Source of the DNA: Antedon mediterranea
Lineage: Eukaryota > Animalia > Echinodermata
Assembly (NCBI RefSeq): GCF_964355755.1
Contig: NC_092671.1
Coordinates: 1,054,001-1,118,000, forward strand
Direction: 5' to 3'
DNA length: 64,000 nucleotides
Part shown: in pieces, positions 1 to 13,620 of the stretch
Layout of the letters: each line of letters starts with the position of its first letter
Position numbering within the stretch: the first letter of the stretch is position 1
Made by a program: the position numbers and the translations under genes
Notes under the pieces: model-generated
Databases searched by the model: none
What the model saw: only the letters and a program-made list of their open reading frames with translations
What the model was told of the DNA's origin: nothing

Positions 1-312
1 ATATCGTTTATACCTTTCACAGGAATGGTCCGTTTATACCTTTCATATTTTTAGACACACTGTCATTAACATATAATATAATTATTTACATTAGGGTACT
101 CTATTGTAAAACACACACACCCAAACCTAAATTTAGGTGTGGATGATGACGTCAGATGTGTGAGACATAATGAGTACAAACATAATCATACAATAAACAC
201 GTCAAGATCAAGAGCTTACGCATTATGCTAATGAAGCCAAATCTAGATTATCCTATTTAATCTATACAATCTGATTTTATATCGACATCATAATCGCCCA
301 TCACGAAGTAGT

Positions 313-443
313 AAGCTTGGTTTCAACGACGTTAGCGCACCGTAAGTAAGCAAGTAAATTTGACCAATCACGACGCGATGGATCATCCGAACTATCGTTT
401 GTGATTGGTCGAGTAACTCGCGTTGCAAGTGGGAACCTAGCTT
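313..443. mobile_element. MITE family A (AGCTTGGTTCCCAC termini, internal GACCAATCAC...GTGATTGGTC palindrome)
   Basis: Related copies at about 4146-4277, 4880-4972, 14187-14328, 15720-15840, 55770-55927, 58328-58460, 59846-59944 and the window end. Confidence 0.75.
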
Positions 444-1106
444 AATTATTACAGTAAATAAACAGTCCCATGATTTCTTACATAGAAATATAGTAAGATC
501 AAAAACGAAAGAAGTTAGTAAAGATCGTGTCTCTCCAATGAATTACCCAGCAAGACAGCCAGTCTATAAATGAGCAAGTGCAATCATAAATGTGTAGACA
601 AAAATATTCACAAAATGTAGATATGTTTGATAAACCACATTTCTAATTCAGAAATATGAGCGAATTAAACGAATTGGCAATTATTGTAATATCTTGTACA
701 TGGGGTTCGGCGTATGTCTTGCGTGACAGTGCTGCAGCCCAAAACTAAACTCACACTTAACATAATTAGGCCGCCGTGATACAACACTTTTATTTTATAA
801 TATTGTATACAGTTAAATAAGAGTTGTGATTTGTTGATTGTTGACAAACGTGTTCCAACCCTTCAAAAACTCATTTTAACGATTATAGGCCTATATTTGT
901 GTCATCATTCACATTATATGACCAAAATTATTTGTTTATTACATCAGGAAAGTGGAAAACGATCACGTATACATGCAACAACAAAAAAAGAGCTATTTTC
1001 TGTTAGTCCAACCAACCTTCTGAGGGTCCACCCACTTAACCTGTAGGCCTACATTTCCTGTTCCTATACAGTCTACAGTGACTCTATATAATTATAAGAT
1101 ACTCAC

Positions 1107-1252
1107 TCATCATGTGCTCGAACTTAAGTATCACCAGAACAGAATTGAGGTCCACCATAAAAAGCTACACACGCTGAACAGTTTTGATGTTTACTTTTAA
1201 CTGAAGCCATCACCCACACCTTACAATCCCTAAAAGTTCTAAATAGTTGAAC
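1107..1252 (-). other. Possible 5' (UTR or start-codon) exon of a gene continuing left of the window
   Basis: Acceptor gtttatag|G and consensus donor GA|gtgagt. ATGs near the 3' end (MVDLNSVLVILKFEHMM, phase 1). No recognisable homology. Confidence 0.3.
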
Positions 1253-4200
1253 CTATAAACACATCGATAAAAGTGAATAAAAGGTATGACGTAAAATGAG
1301 TATTTCTTGTTAACAATTCAATCAATGTCCTCGAATCAGGAACGCATCATTCAATTATTCATTTACGAGGAGAATTAATGACAGAATTCTAGCAAGTCCT
1401 TCATTCACAATTCAATGTACTGATTACTGCTCATTACAACTATTCTGCATTAATGCAATTTAATCTATAATTAATAACTTTGCTGTTCCAAATCTGTTCG
1501 TGTTTTTTTTATGTACAATTGAGGCAAAACAATACCAGTTTGTTTGTCGTTCGAATTAACAAAAGCTATGTAACCTTCAAAAATAATAAAAGTGAGAGGA
1601 ATATGAATTACCCCACAATACATATGGAATGTAAATACTATATTATTCATCTTTGTTTGCAGCTGATGAATGAAAACATATTATATTCCAACAGTGTGCT
1701 TTATATCGTGATAGAGGACCATACAAGTGTGTGGGGTTTGAGGCCGTGTTGCACTCGTCCTGCCGGTTATATTGTGGTCAACACAGCAGAATAAATTGTT
1801 TTCGGTATAATTGTATAAATACAGAAGCTGCTACTTTTTAGTACCATTGCAGTTTCAAATACAATCATTTTAAATTAGATTTTAAACCTGACAATCCTCC
1901 ATGATTGATAAAAGAGGAAAATAAACCAACTTATAGTATTTTTTTAAAACATCACGAGATAGTTATTTCCAGCTAACTTGATTCAATGCCAATGGTTTAC
2001 TTAGAAGTAATAGTAAAAAGCATCCTCATTACACCCCACTGATAATAATGGTACCAGCATTTAGTACGCGCGCGCAAATTGCGTGCCTTTGTTGACGCTG
2101 ATGAAGATAAGTATGAACATTCTAGATTGCTGCTCTTTGAATTTTAGAAATGAAGAAGGGGTAAATAAAAGCTATTTTTACGATTGATATTAACATTATA
2201 GATTGCTCTGAACTCCTGGACAGGGGTAATGATGAAAAAGGTCTATTTTTACTATTATTGACGCATAAGTACAACAATATCGTGATTTCTACAAACATTG
2301 TGGTTTTAGCTTAATCCCATGAGAAAAAATATTACTAATTATTTCGGGAAAACATCATCATAAAACGATATATGTTACAGCAACGTCACACAGTCAAACC
2401 ACGTTAAATTGATTTCTGTGGTTGGGGTATTATTACCTCACTGTGTAATGTAAATAATTATATACTAATTTACTATACGTAAACGAGTATCACGACAGAT
2501 GGGGATATTTTAATACCTGCACTTTCACAAATGTTGTATTGCTAAAACTGCATGTATTCCATCCAATTTATTATCACAATCATACATAATAATAATTCGA
2601 TTTAAACATTTTGACTGATACAATAAATGATATTCTCAGAAATACATTTTGAAAACTTAAGTTACGATGTGAATAGTATTTTGATAAACAAATAAACCGA
2701 AAATTTACCTCTTTACACACATGATCCATCCTAAACTATTAGGGTTGTCACTGTTTTCGCCACTTTCGTCTTTTGTCATCGAATTCAAAAGCCGCACAGC
2801 CACCAAGCGTGAAAACAAATTGGATATAAACACCATATTTTTAAACTTTCACTATCTGAAAAAAAAATTCAAACGACTGGCATATTGCGTGTGTGGGCCA
2901 TTAACGCTTCTATCTGTACAGAATTATTACTTATTCGTTAATGTTTTTGCCGCCAAATGAAGCTGTCGTCTGCTGATTAAACTCCAGAAACAGTTGTTCC
3001 TTTTCTTGCAGCGATAAGCCGGCCACGATGAAAGTCAACGCATCAATAATGCGTTCTTACGCGTGTGTTATATCGCGCGTTCTCAACGCATATTTTTTCA
3101 CGCTTGGATGGACACAGCACAGATGGTAACACGCTTGCGGTAATTGTAAGCTGTAGATTCTCGTAAAAAGTTACTGGGACTATACCACTACGAAAACAGG
3201 TTGACCTTTTTTTGTAATGAACTGACTTGGATGCAGGCGACAGTTTTCTTTCAAGGTCCCTTACAGCTAAAATAAACGTGACAAAATTAACGAAAGAAAC
3301 AAGTTTTTCGATCTCTGCTTCGTGTAAACCCCTAAATGATGACACAGAAAACATAATAAAGAAGCAAATAGGCCTAAATTGATTATATTTTTGTCGTTGT
3401 TTTAGGTCTTATAACTAATCATCTCTCAGAAATTGTATTTAAATCTTTAAAAAAATGCATAATGACAGCCAACAAATAAAATAGGTCGTGCAAATATATT
3501 GAATACGTACTTACAGGAATACCATTATCGCAAAAACTCCACCGCAAACGTATTAATGAGTTTTCAGTCGTCAATAGCGCAAACACTAAATTTTTTCGCA
3601 ACAATATGTATCCAAATCATTAGCCATTTCTATATTCATTACGTATAGTAGGCCTATACAGTAGTAGGGCTGTGACCTGACTGTCCTGATATCTGGCCAG
3701 TGCGTCAATGTCCGTGATGTTCCATTAAACTTTGGCTTACGTCACACACATAAAAACATCCCATCACACGACGTCGTCGTTGAGTGTATGCTGCCGCTTG
3801 CCAACCTTTCGTAAACGGTTCATGTGAGGTGGTACTAACGGCACATTGTGGCGCAAACGTATAATTTTACCGACTTAGCGTAAATCATTTAAAGTGTGAT
3901 GTAAATTTTAGATAAAATATGAAGACATTACTTTAGCTTTGAATCAAAGCAAACAGAAGACAGAAATGAAACGATTGACTTTCTCAGTAGGAAATTGAGG
4001 ATTGTGATAAATGAGTGTAAAAACGGCGCCCTTGAACGGGCTAGTAAGACTGTCTGTGAACATGCACACCAATGTGAACTTTATTGCATAAAAGTGCAGT
4101 CATGCTTTTGAATAGTACAACATCGCCTTATATTGACGTCGTTCAAAGCTAGAACGGTGCAACGCAAGTAACTTGACCAATCACGACGCGCGCGAAAGAT

Positions 4201-6619
4201 CATCCGAACTGTCGCTTGTGATTGGTCAACTTATTTGCGTTGCACTTGCATCTTTGCGTCCTAATAATGGAACCAATCATAAGGCCTACTCCATTTAATG
4301 CATCCTTTTCCAAATTATTATACCAACAAATACAATTAATGTGTATCATTAAAAAAATCCCCCAAAAACGAAAGGGCGGTTGCAGAAAGAACTTGTTGTC
4401 ACAAGAACCTAATATCCTACTGTACACCTACAACATTTGGTATTTTTTCGGTACGTTAAAAGTGGACTCGAACCCTAAAATCTTGGCTATTACAATATCA
4501 AGACAATTAATAATGTGTCAGGCGTCATCACTGAATAAAAGAACATTCTGGTGAATGGGTGTAACTGTTTAATACTAGTTCAAGTTCGCACTAAATGAAT
4601 TAGGAGCCATATTTATTATTAAATTAAACTGTTGTATTAACTACTTCCTTTCGAAGATTTTGATCCCCGGATTGAGCGTAGCAAGTGGGAAAACCCACGT
4701 GACGTGTTGACGTCATACCTGGGAACGGGGTTCCGCGTCTGCTTGCACTTTTAAAAGGTCATATCAATGTTTGTAAGGGATGACTTTACACATGTATTTA
4801 TTTAAATGATAAAATATTTCAATTAGGCCCATTTATAATTTATGTCAGTTTGTTTGTTTCTTTCTGTTTTGTCTCTTTAAACCAATGACAAGCGACAGTT
4901 TAACAAATCCATCGCTTGTGATTGGTCAAATAATTAGGTTGCGCTTACGTTCTTGCGTAACGGGAACCAAGCAATATATAGTCAATCTGTTTTTTGTGTT
5001 GTTGATACGTAACTATAACCTTTTATGTGAAAACGCTTTCAGTACCATAGTACTTATTTTATATGTTATGATATCGTTCTATGCTTAATGATATTTCCTG
5101 TTATATATAATATTACTTCGATGTCAATTATTTTACTAATTCAGCTAATTGAATTTCATCGAATCACGGATATAATATTTTATACAAAATCACATTTAAC
5201 ATAAATCTTAAAATTATTCACTTTTATTGCCAGAAAGAGTAACATAACGTAGTGTAGGGAATTCCTGTATGAAAAATTACAAATTAATTGTAAGAATTGT
5301 TGAGGAATGTTTAAAATGAATTTTGTTGCCAAAATGTGCGAACTGCAGCATATAAAAACAAAGATTGCTGACAGTGAGTGAATGAAGCAATCTGAATGAC
5401 TCATGGCGAGCAGCACTCTAAAACTAGTTGTAATTAGCATGATCACAGAGATGTTTTTAACGATTGCCTCCTCGTTGTCCCAGCTTACTACATGCAGCAG
5501 TTCTTTGTTTTAACGTGTTCCAAGTAAACATTGCATTTTACTCAATCTTCTGCTCTCAACAAATCGATATCTCAAGATATGAAATTTCGCTTTGATTCGG
5601 AATTAGCGAAGGGTTGGTGTAAGTTGACACACGGCCCTCAAGCAGTCTTGATGGCAAACTATAGATGGTTAATCTTTTAATGAATTAAAATATGTCGAGG
5701 AATTAATTATTTCACCGTTTCTCATCAACAAACTCTACTTAATTTGCACTTGGGTTGCGTTATTTTAATAATAATATGCATCTATCTATTTTAGCATAAT
5801 TTATATTAAGATAAAACACCTTCTCATTTACAGTCAGTAAAACATTGTTAGAGAGACATGATCATTGTAACCATAATAATTATAATTGTTTAAACACAAA
5901 ATGCATGGAATTCATTGATAATATCGATATCAATAAACATGATAGCAGCATGCCTTGTCATACTAATTATTTAAATGTGCGCTCACATTTTGTGAACGCC
6001 CACACGTAAATTAATGCGCGAGAATTGTACGTTTCCGATGTTGCGCATTGCGATAACATAACGCACCACGCGCACGCACACACACACACGAATACGTAAT
6101 TTTACGCATACAATATTTCTTGCATGAAACTACTGTATAATATCATGACGTGTTTTATTTTTGCAATATCGCATGAATTATGCAGATAATTTTATACCAT
6201 ATATTGGGCTTTTATCTGTCTACAGGGATTAGAGGAATTATGGAAAAGCCGTTACGTTCTTGTTTTCCATGGTTCACTGCGCACGAGATTCATCCGACGA
6301 GGTAGTGTTGTAGTTGATGATGGATGACGTAATTAAGTCGATAAAGATATGGATTAACGTTAGCACTCGTAGCTTATTTTGTATTTTGTACACACAGTTA
6401 CTGAAGTCTAACCTTAGCATTTTATGTGTAATAATGCTGAATACGTAAACATATATTTATATTATTAAAATTTACTAAATTCCTCAGAATTCCGATTACA
6501 AGTAACAAATAATTTATAGAATTCCAATTTTTTTCCAGATATATAAATTGACATAATCATTTCATTCAAACCACTCTGTAAATACTTTTGTACGGAATTT
6601 TGAAATTAAATAAATAGTG

Positions 6620-6810
6620 GAAATGCCACTTTATAAGCTTCCATTCACATGCATTCAAGCAATGAAATTCCACTTTAAGCTTTCATTCACATTAAAGCAA
6701 CGAAATCTGTAAATAGTAAATAGTGGAAATGCCACTTTAAGCTTCCATTAAAGCAACGAAATGCCACGTTAAGCTTCCATTCACATTAAACAACGAAATC
6801 TGTAAATCGA
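6620..6810. repeat. Short tandem repeat (AAATGCCACTTTAAGCTTCCATTCACATTAAAGCAACG)
   Basis: About 4 imperfect copies. Confidence 0.75.
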
Positions 6811-7816
6811 ATTGGTTTCATGTGTCATGATGAACATCAGTGATTTATATTCATCAAAATGGCTGTTGTTCAGCAGTGAATACGTACGTATCGCTGTCAT
6901 TATTATTATCAGCATTATCTTGTAATCAATGATTATTATCTATTCACTATCAATTTGACTTTAAAACTCGCAAATTAAGGTAGTCGAAATGAGCTCTGGA
7001 TAAAATACAATTTTAGGCCTACTTGCATTATAAACAGTGTTTTATAATGAAATATTTCAAACTTATACAAAGCTTAGACTTTAGGCCTATATCGAAATTC
7101 AAAGAAATATTTGATCAAATCAGAATCATTAAATGCACACCAAAGCTGGTTTGTTTACAAAATTACTCACAAACTGTGTTTATGATGAAATGTCTCAAAT
7201 TTATACAAAACTGAGTATTTATAAATTATACAAGAAATTCAAAGAAATATTTGATCGAATCGGAATAAATGGACACAAAAGCTGGGTTGTTTACAAAATG
7301 GCTCACAAAGATTGGAAGTTAAATAAAAAGATACGAGAACTACTCGAGTATAACAATAGCCAAAGATCAACAAAGATAAACAGGAGAACTTATTCGAGTG
7401 TAGTTGTCTCAGAAACAAACATAAAGTAGGCCTACTATTATTGCTGAATAAACATATAAAAGAGTATTATATTACAATTATTCTTGTTTTATATGCAAAT
7501 CCTCTAATATTTGATTTTGTCGAAGTAACAGATTTTACAGATAGAGTATGTTTACTTTACACAATGTGTCCATTTATTACTTCCCCAAGAGAAAAGAGAG
7601 GGAGAGAAATACTTGAAAATATTTGCGTGAAAAAAAAATATCAACAAAAAAGAGGAGAGAAAAGGCAAAAAACTAGATAGAAACAGAAAATGGACAAGAA
7701 ATACTACTAGTTCCGGAACTGCAGCACAAATACAGCAACATATTATATTGATATTCTAAAGACCTTATACTTGATTTAGAAAAAAACAACAGCATTAATT
7801 GAAGAAATTATATTGA

Positions 7817-8630
7817 TCAGCTTGACCAGTACCATGCAATAGGCCTACTCATGATGTTTATCAGCCTGACCAGTACTATGTCAACATGATGTTGACCAAA
7901 ATGACCAGTACATACTATGTCATAGGAATACTCACGATATTGATTAGAGTCTGACCAATACTATGTTAACAAAATATTGACCAACATGACCAGTAGAATG
8001 TCATAGGCCTACTCATGTTTGATTAGCTTGACCAGTACCATGCAATAGGCATACCCATGTTTGATTAGCTTGACCAGTATCATGCCATAAGCCTACTCAT
8101 GATGTTGATTAGCTTAACCAGTACCATGTCATAGGCCTACTCATGATGTTGATTAGCTTGACCAGTACCATGTCATATGCCTACTCATGTTTGATTAGCT
8201 TGACCAGTACCATGTCATAGGCCTACTCATGTTTGATTAGCTTGACCAGTACCATGTCATAGGCCTACTCATGTTTAATTAGCTTGACCGGTATCATGCC
8301 ATAAGCCTACTCATGATGTTGATTAGCTTGACCAGTATCATGTCATAGGCCTACTCATGATGTTGATTAGCTTGACCAGTGCCATGTCATATGCCTACTC
8401 ATATTTGATTAGCTTGACCAGTACCATGTCATAGGCCTACTCATGTTTAATTAGCTTGACCAGTATCATGCCATAAGCCTACTCACGTTTGATTATCCTG
8501 ACCAGTACCATATCATAGGCTTACTCATGAAGTTGACCAGTACCATGTCATAGACCTACTCATGAAGTTGACCAGTACCATGTCATAGACCTACTCATGA
8601 TGTTGATTAGCCTGACCAGTACCATGTCAT
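7817..8630. repeat. Minisatellite, 38-41 bp unit (TTGATTAGCTTGACCAGTACCATGTCATAGGCCTACTCATG)
   Basis: About 20 diverged tandem copies. Confidence 0.93.
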
Positions 8631-11600
8631 ACTCGTTACATACTTCGTTCAATTTTTGCCATGTGATGACATCAGCATTTGCAATTTCCCAAGTGATTCG
8701 TGATATTTGAGTGTAGCATTAATGCGAGCATATTATCATGCCTAATCACATACTATTCACTCATACACACTATAATTAAGATTATTCAAATTTATAAAAA
8801 TTATAATATTACTAATACAAACACTAATTATAATAATAGAAAACCAAATAATAGAATAAATATGATAACAAAATAACACAATTATTTACCTAAATAATAA
8901 CATAATAATTCGTTAAAAACTATAATAAATTAATACTAATGATATGATAATTTCATATACTTATGAATGAAAACATGCTAACTGTAGGCCTAATTATATT
9001 ATAATTATCATCATCATATACTATCAAATTGATTTCAAGTATAAATTACGTAACAAAATAATAAAATTTTAATATTTAAAGCAATTTAAATTAAAGATAC
9101 TTCGATTTACCTTTGAGAGGCAGCTAGTATTGTAGAACATTGCAACTGTTAGGAACCAACATCCTCAGATTTTATCCTCATAGCCTTCATCGTGCCTCCG
9201 TACAAAAACTGATTCGAATAAACTCACAAATATTAACAGGAAACGTCCATTATTTGTTTAGGGATGTAAAGCATTTAATTCTTAATCTTATGTTTATGAA
9301 GAATATCAACTTATATATCAGAAAGGAGTGATTACTTGCCAAAAACAAATTAATTTGCAGTAAAAGGTGTTACAAATCATCAATTCAGGCAAACTTCGAA
9401 ATTCAACCACACGAACTTGTCACCACGACGAGTTGGTGATCAATTGTAAAAATTACGATGAAAGTGATTATTTATATATTGTACATCGAAACAGAAAATT
9501 AAATAATTTGAAAATTATCTTCATCACTTAAGCAGTCTTAATTGAATTTTGTGCGATCGGATTTTTATTATGTGGATCTGCCCGAAACAGGTCTAATTTT
9601 TAAGAAATACACATGTATACAACGAAGGTCATTGCAAGAAATTTTCAAAGATAATAAATAAGTGTCCGTGTATTGTATAAGTATGCAAAGACTTGAATAG
9701 ACATTTTTTTTCACTTAAAATAAACAATAGGCCCCTGGCTGGAAGAACTTTACTTCAAAAGTTGGAGTTATGAAAGGTGAAAAGTTGAAACCATATAAAG
9801 TAAATTGTGTTTGAGGGTCTAACCGCGTAGTATATATTATTATCATGTATCCGATGTTTATGTGTATTCCATGTCTAATGTCAGTTTTTCGTCACCAAAA
9901 ACCAATAATTACTGTCATACAACCAGTTATGATTTGTATACAGAATGGCACGGTAGTTTCATAGGCAAGGCGCCATGATTGATCTAGATAAGAAGCAGCC
10001 ATTATACTTACACATACCAGGGGCGAACCCCTTTTTCATTTAGACTACTAAAATAATTTTACTACTAAATACATTTTACATTTTGTATTTAATCCCCGGA
10101 ACGAGGCAAACAATTATTGAGTTTTAAATATTATTCGCATTGACCAATTATAGTTAAATACCATAAATCATTCATTAGAGACGTTGGCATTGATAAATTC
10201 GCATATTTAACTGGAATTGTGTTCAGCAACACAAAAACACCGTTCTTTTGTGAAACATTTAAAAATGAATGAACACTGGATTCATCACGAAGCTTCATCC
10301 AATTGTCACCTTTCTAGTTATAGACTAGACTAGCCAGATTGGTGGTAGAGGAGATAATAATTAGACAGAATATGGTACCGAGTCGTGTAACCAACTCGCA
10401 TCCCCGTGAAATACTGGAGTAACCAAATCAGAGCAGGCCTACCAATTCTACGATACAACTTGAAAAGGGTGTAGCGAATTTGTTTCGGGGACGGCAGGCG
10501 GAAAAGTAATTTATGCAAAAAGTAATCTGCACATGCGTATAACTTCAGTAAACTCCGTTCCGTTCTTTATCAGGCCTCCTTCCAATAGGCCTCCTTCCAA
10601 TAGGCCTACCATCCTGAAACGAAAGCTGGCAAGTTACAGTATCTTGTGGTAAACGGGGGTGAATGTTCAGTAGAGAAAGAAGAGAAGACATACTTTTCTA
10701 TAAAATAGTCGGCTGGATAGAGGAATAGAAAGAAGAAAGTAACCAAGATGTAACCAAATTCTACATGCCTATCGATTTCTTTGCATGGTTCATATTATAT
10801 AAAGTGCAAGTGTGCTTCGTTAGAGAACCTTCCCTCGTTAAGTTATAAAGGTTAATTGTAAACATTGTCAATTAATCCTCCTTGGTAAGTACAAAGGCAT
10901 ACAGATCAATACAGATTACCAATTGCTATCAAAATAAAGAATTACCAATTTACTTAGTAAATCAGGACCAACGATCCAAGGACAGAACGTTGATTATTTA
11001 GATACGTATTGTGGGGACTTTGTCTACCGTTCCATCAGGTAAAGACTCTATCAAGAGACCACATGTGGGCCAAAGATGTACAGTACACAACATACATTAG
11101 AAATTAGACAAATTAGCTAAACTAAATAACCAGTGATGATCGTGTTCAAACGCTCTGCTACTGAAAACTTACATTTCTAAATAATGTTTCTCTCAAAATA
11201 CAATGATTTAAAAGACATTACAAGACATTTGAAGAAACACATCAAAGGCATACTGTATGTATGCAGTACATGATTATAAAATGTTGTACGATGTTGCTGT
11301 CACTTTTCATATCATTATCAAGAAGCTAAGTATATTCTCTCTGCATAAATAACACTTGATACTCTGCTACTCATTAGAGTGATGGTATTAAGTTACACTT
11401 AAGATTTCTGAGACGACTCATCATCCAGTCAGTGTATTCATCATTACATTATCTTCAAGATGCCACTCATAAATTCATAATAGAACACAACCTCAGACAT
11501 AAGCTTTAATACCTTTACACTCAGAAACTTAAGTACATGCATATATTCCAAAATATAGTAATTGTAAGTTGGAATGGCGTATCACTTAATAACACCACAG

Positions 11601-12407
11601 TTTGACACAGGAACTTAAGTGGTACTTGAGCCTCTGTTGATCTAACATTCATGGTTTCCAAATGCAAACTATTCTAAGAACATGCACAAGACGTAAGGTA
11701 AAGAAGCACATGCTGGTGATAATGATAATGATTATGATGATGAGGATGATAGTGAACGTATTGTAAAACGAATCAGATAGTGGTGATTTGGATGATAATA
11801 ATGATTATTGTGATATGATGAATAGATGAATAAAAGCGATGATGGATAGATGACTAAACGAGGACGATTATTATAATAATTATAATGACAATAAAGGTTA
11901 TATAATATTATTAAATTGAATTATATTTTTTATTCTAGAAAATTCTATACTTAATAATTTTAAATAATTTTTTTTTTTATAATTGGTGATGACGATGATG
12001 ATAAAATAACAGTAATTACTAACAGAAAACAAAAACTGATTGTTTTTTTCAAAGCACAATTGACTAATATCAAGTACCGTAATAAGCGTGAAATCCACGT
12101 CCGTCCTAAAAGTAATTGAAATTTAAAAATTCATGAAAATGCGAAATACGCTGAGAGTTTGTAAGTGAACAACGATTTTGATTAATTATCGGACGGTTCA
12201 AGAACACCGAGATATCGACCCGAATGTAAATTAGTCACAAAGTCCGATGGCAGACTTAATATATGATTGAATATAATATCCATGCATTAAACATGATGCG
12301 CCGTACAACAAGGGTGTATGTTGCGCGTATAATGTTTGTTAGTTCAATTGTATATTTCACATAGCAGGGTTCATGACGTTGTTGAGTAGATAAATTCATA
12401 CCTGAAC

Positions 12408-12923
12408 TACTGTATGTGTATATACTGTATGTGTATATACTGTATGTGTATATACTGTATGTGTATATACTGTATGTGTATGTGTATATACTGTATGTGT
12501 ATATACTGTATGTGTATATACTGTATGTGTATTATACTGTATGTGTATATACTGTATGTGTATTATACTGTATGTGTATATACTGTATGTGTATATACTG
12601 TATGTGTATATACTGTATGTGTATATACTGTATGTGTATATACTGTATGTGTATTATACTGTATGTGTATATACTGTATGTGTATATACTGTATGTGTAT
12701 ATACTGTATGTGTATATACTGTATGTGTATATACTGTATGTGTATATACTGTATGTGTATATACTGTATGTGTATATACTGTATGTGTATATACTGTATG
12801 TGTATTATACTGTATGTGTATATACTGTATGTGTATATACTGTATGTGTATATACTGTATGTGTATATACTGTATGTGTATATACTGTATGTGTATATAC
12901 TGTATGTGTATATACTGTATGTG
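12408..12923. repeat. 15-bp tandem repeat (TACTGTATGTGTATA)
   Basis: About 34 near-identical copies. Confidence 0.95.
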
Positions 12924-13419
12924 TCGAGTCACAAACACACTGAGTTTGGTCTTCTATTTGTTTGTTTCGTTTATTTATTTTGTCAGCATAATATTAATAC
13001 AACAACATACAATAAACATAGATATGAAAATGTTGGGATTCAAATACTGTAAGCTATAGCTACTGACAAATTGACTCCAAGTGACAGACATTTCAAATAG
13101 GAAAAACCTGAACAAAAGTAAAGTAGAGCTTCAAAAGCTTGCGTCATAAGGCGTTATATGCATAAATTCTGACTATTCAATTTTGTTTTTTTGTTTACAG
13201 TTAGTGTCTGTGGAATTTGCTTCAACATGGCAGGTTCAACAATGGTGAAACCAGGAAAGAGTCAAACCATTTTGTACAAAATGCCATTCATATATTTAAT
13301 GGTAACCATAAAGATTCATATAAAACTAAACTGTTTTATAATCATTGCTGGCAGCAGCAATTCTTTATTTTCTCAATGATAGCTGATTGAATTCATACAA
13401 GACATAAGTAATACAGCTA

Positions 13420-13620
13420 TTCACACGACAGAGCTATAATAAGTCATATTATTATATATAGCTATTCATACGTCATTTTATATATAGCTATTCATACTTA
13501 AAATTATATGCAATTCATACGTCATATTATATATAGCTATTCATACGTCATATTATATAGCTATTCATACTTTATATTATATAGCTATTCATACGTCATT
13601 ATATAGCTATGTATACGTGA
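13420..13620. repeat. Degenerate ~27-bp tandem repeat (TATAGCTATTCATACGTCATAT)
   Basis: About 7 copies. Confidence 0.8.

Noticed and set aside
7817-8630. CRISPR-like appearance of regularly spaced repeats (also 23743-25382 and 30800-33234)
   Set aside because: No unique spacers, no cas genes, and a eukaryotic intronic/intergenic context.
12414-13059. Cys/Tyr-rich ORFs (MCIYC)n
   Set aside because: 15-bp simple repeat that is open in all frames.
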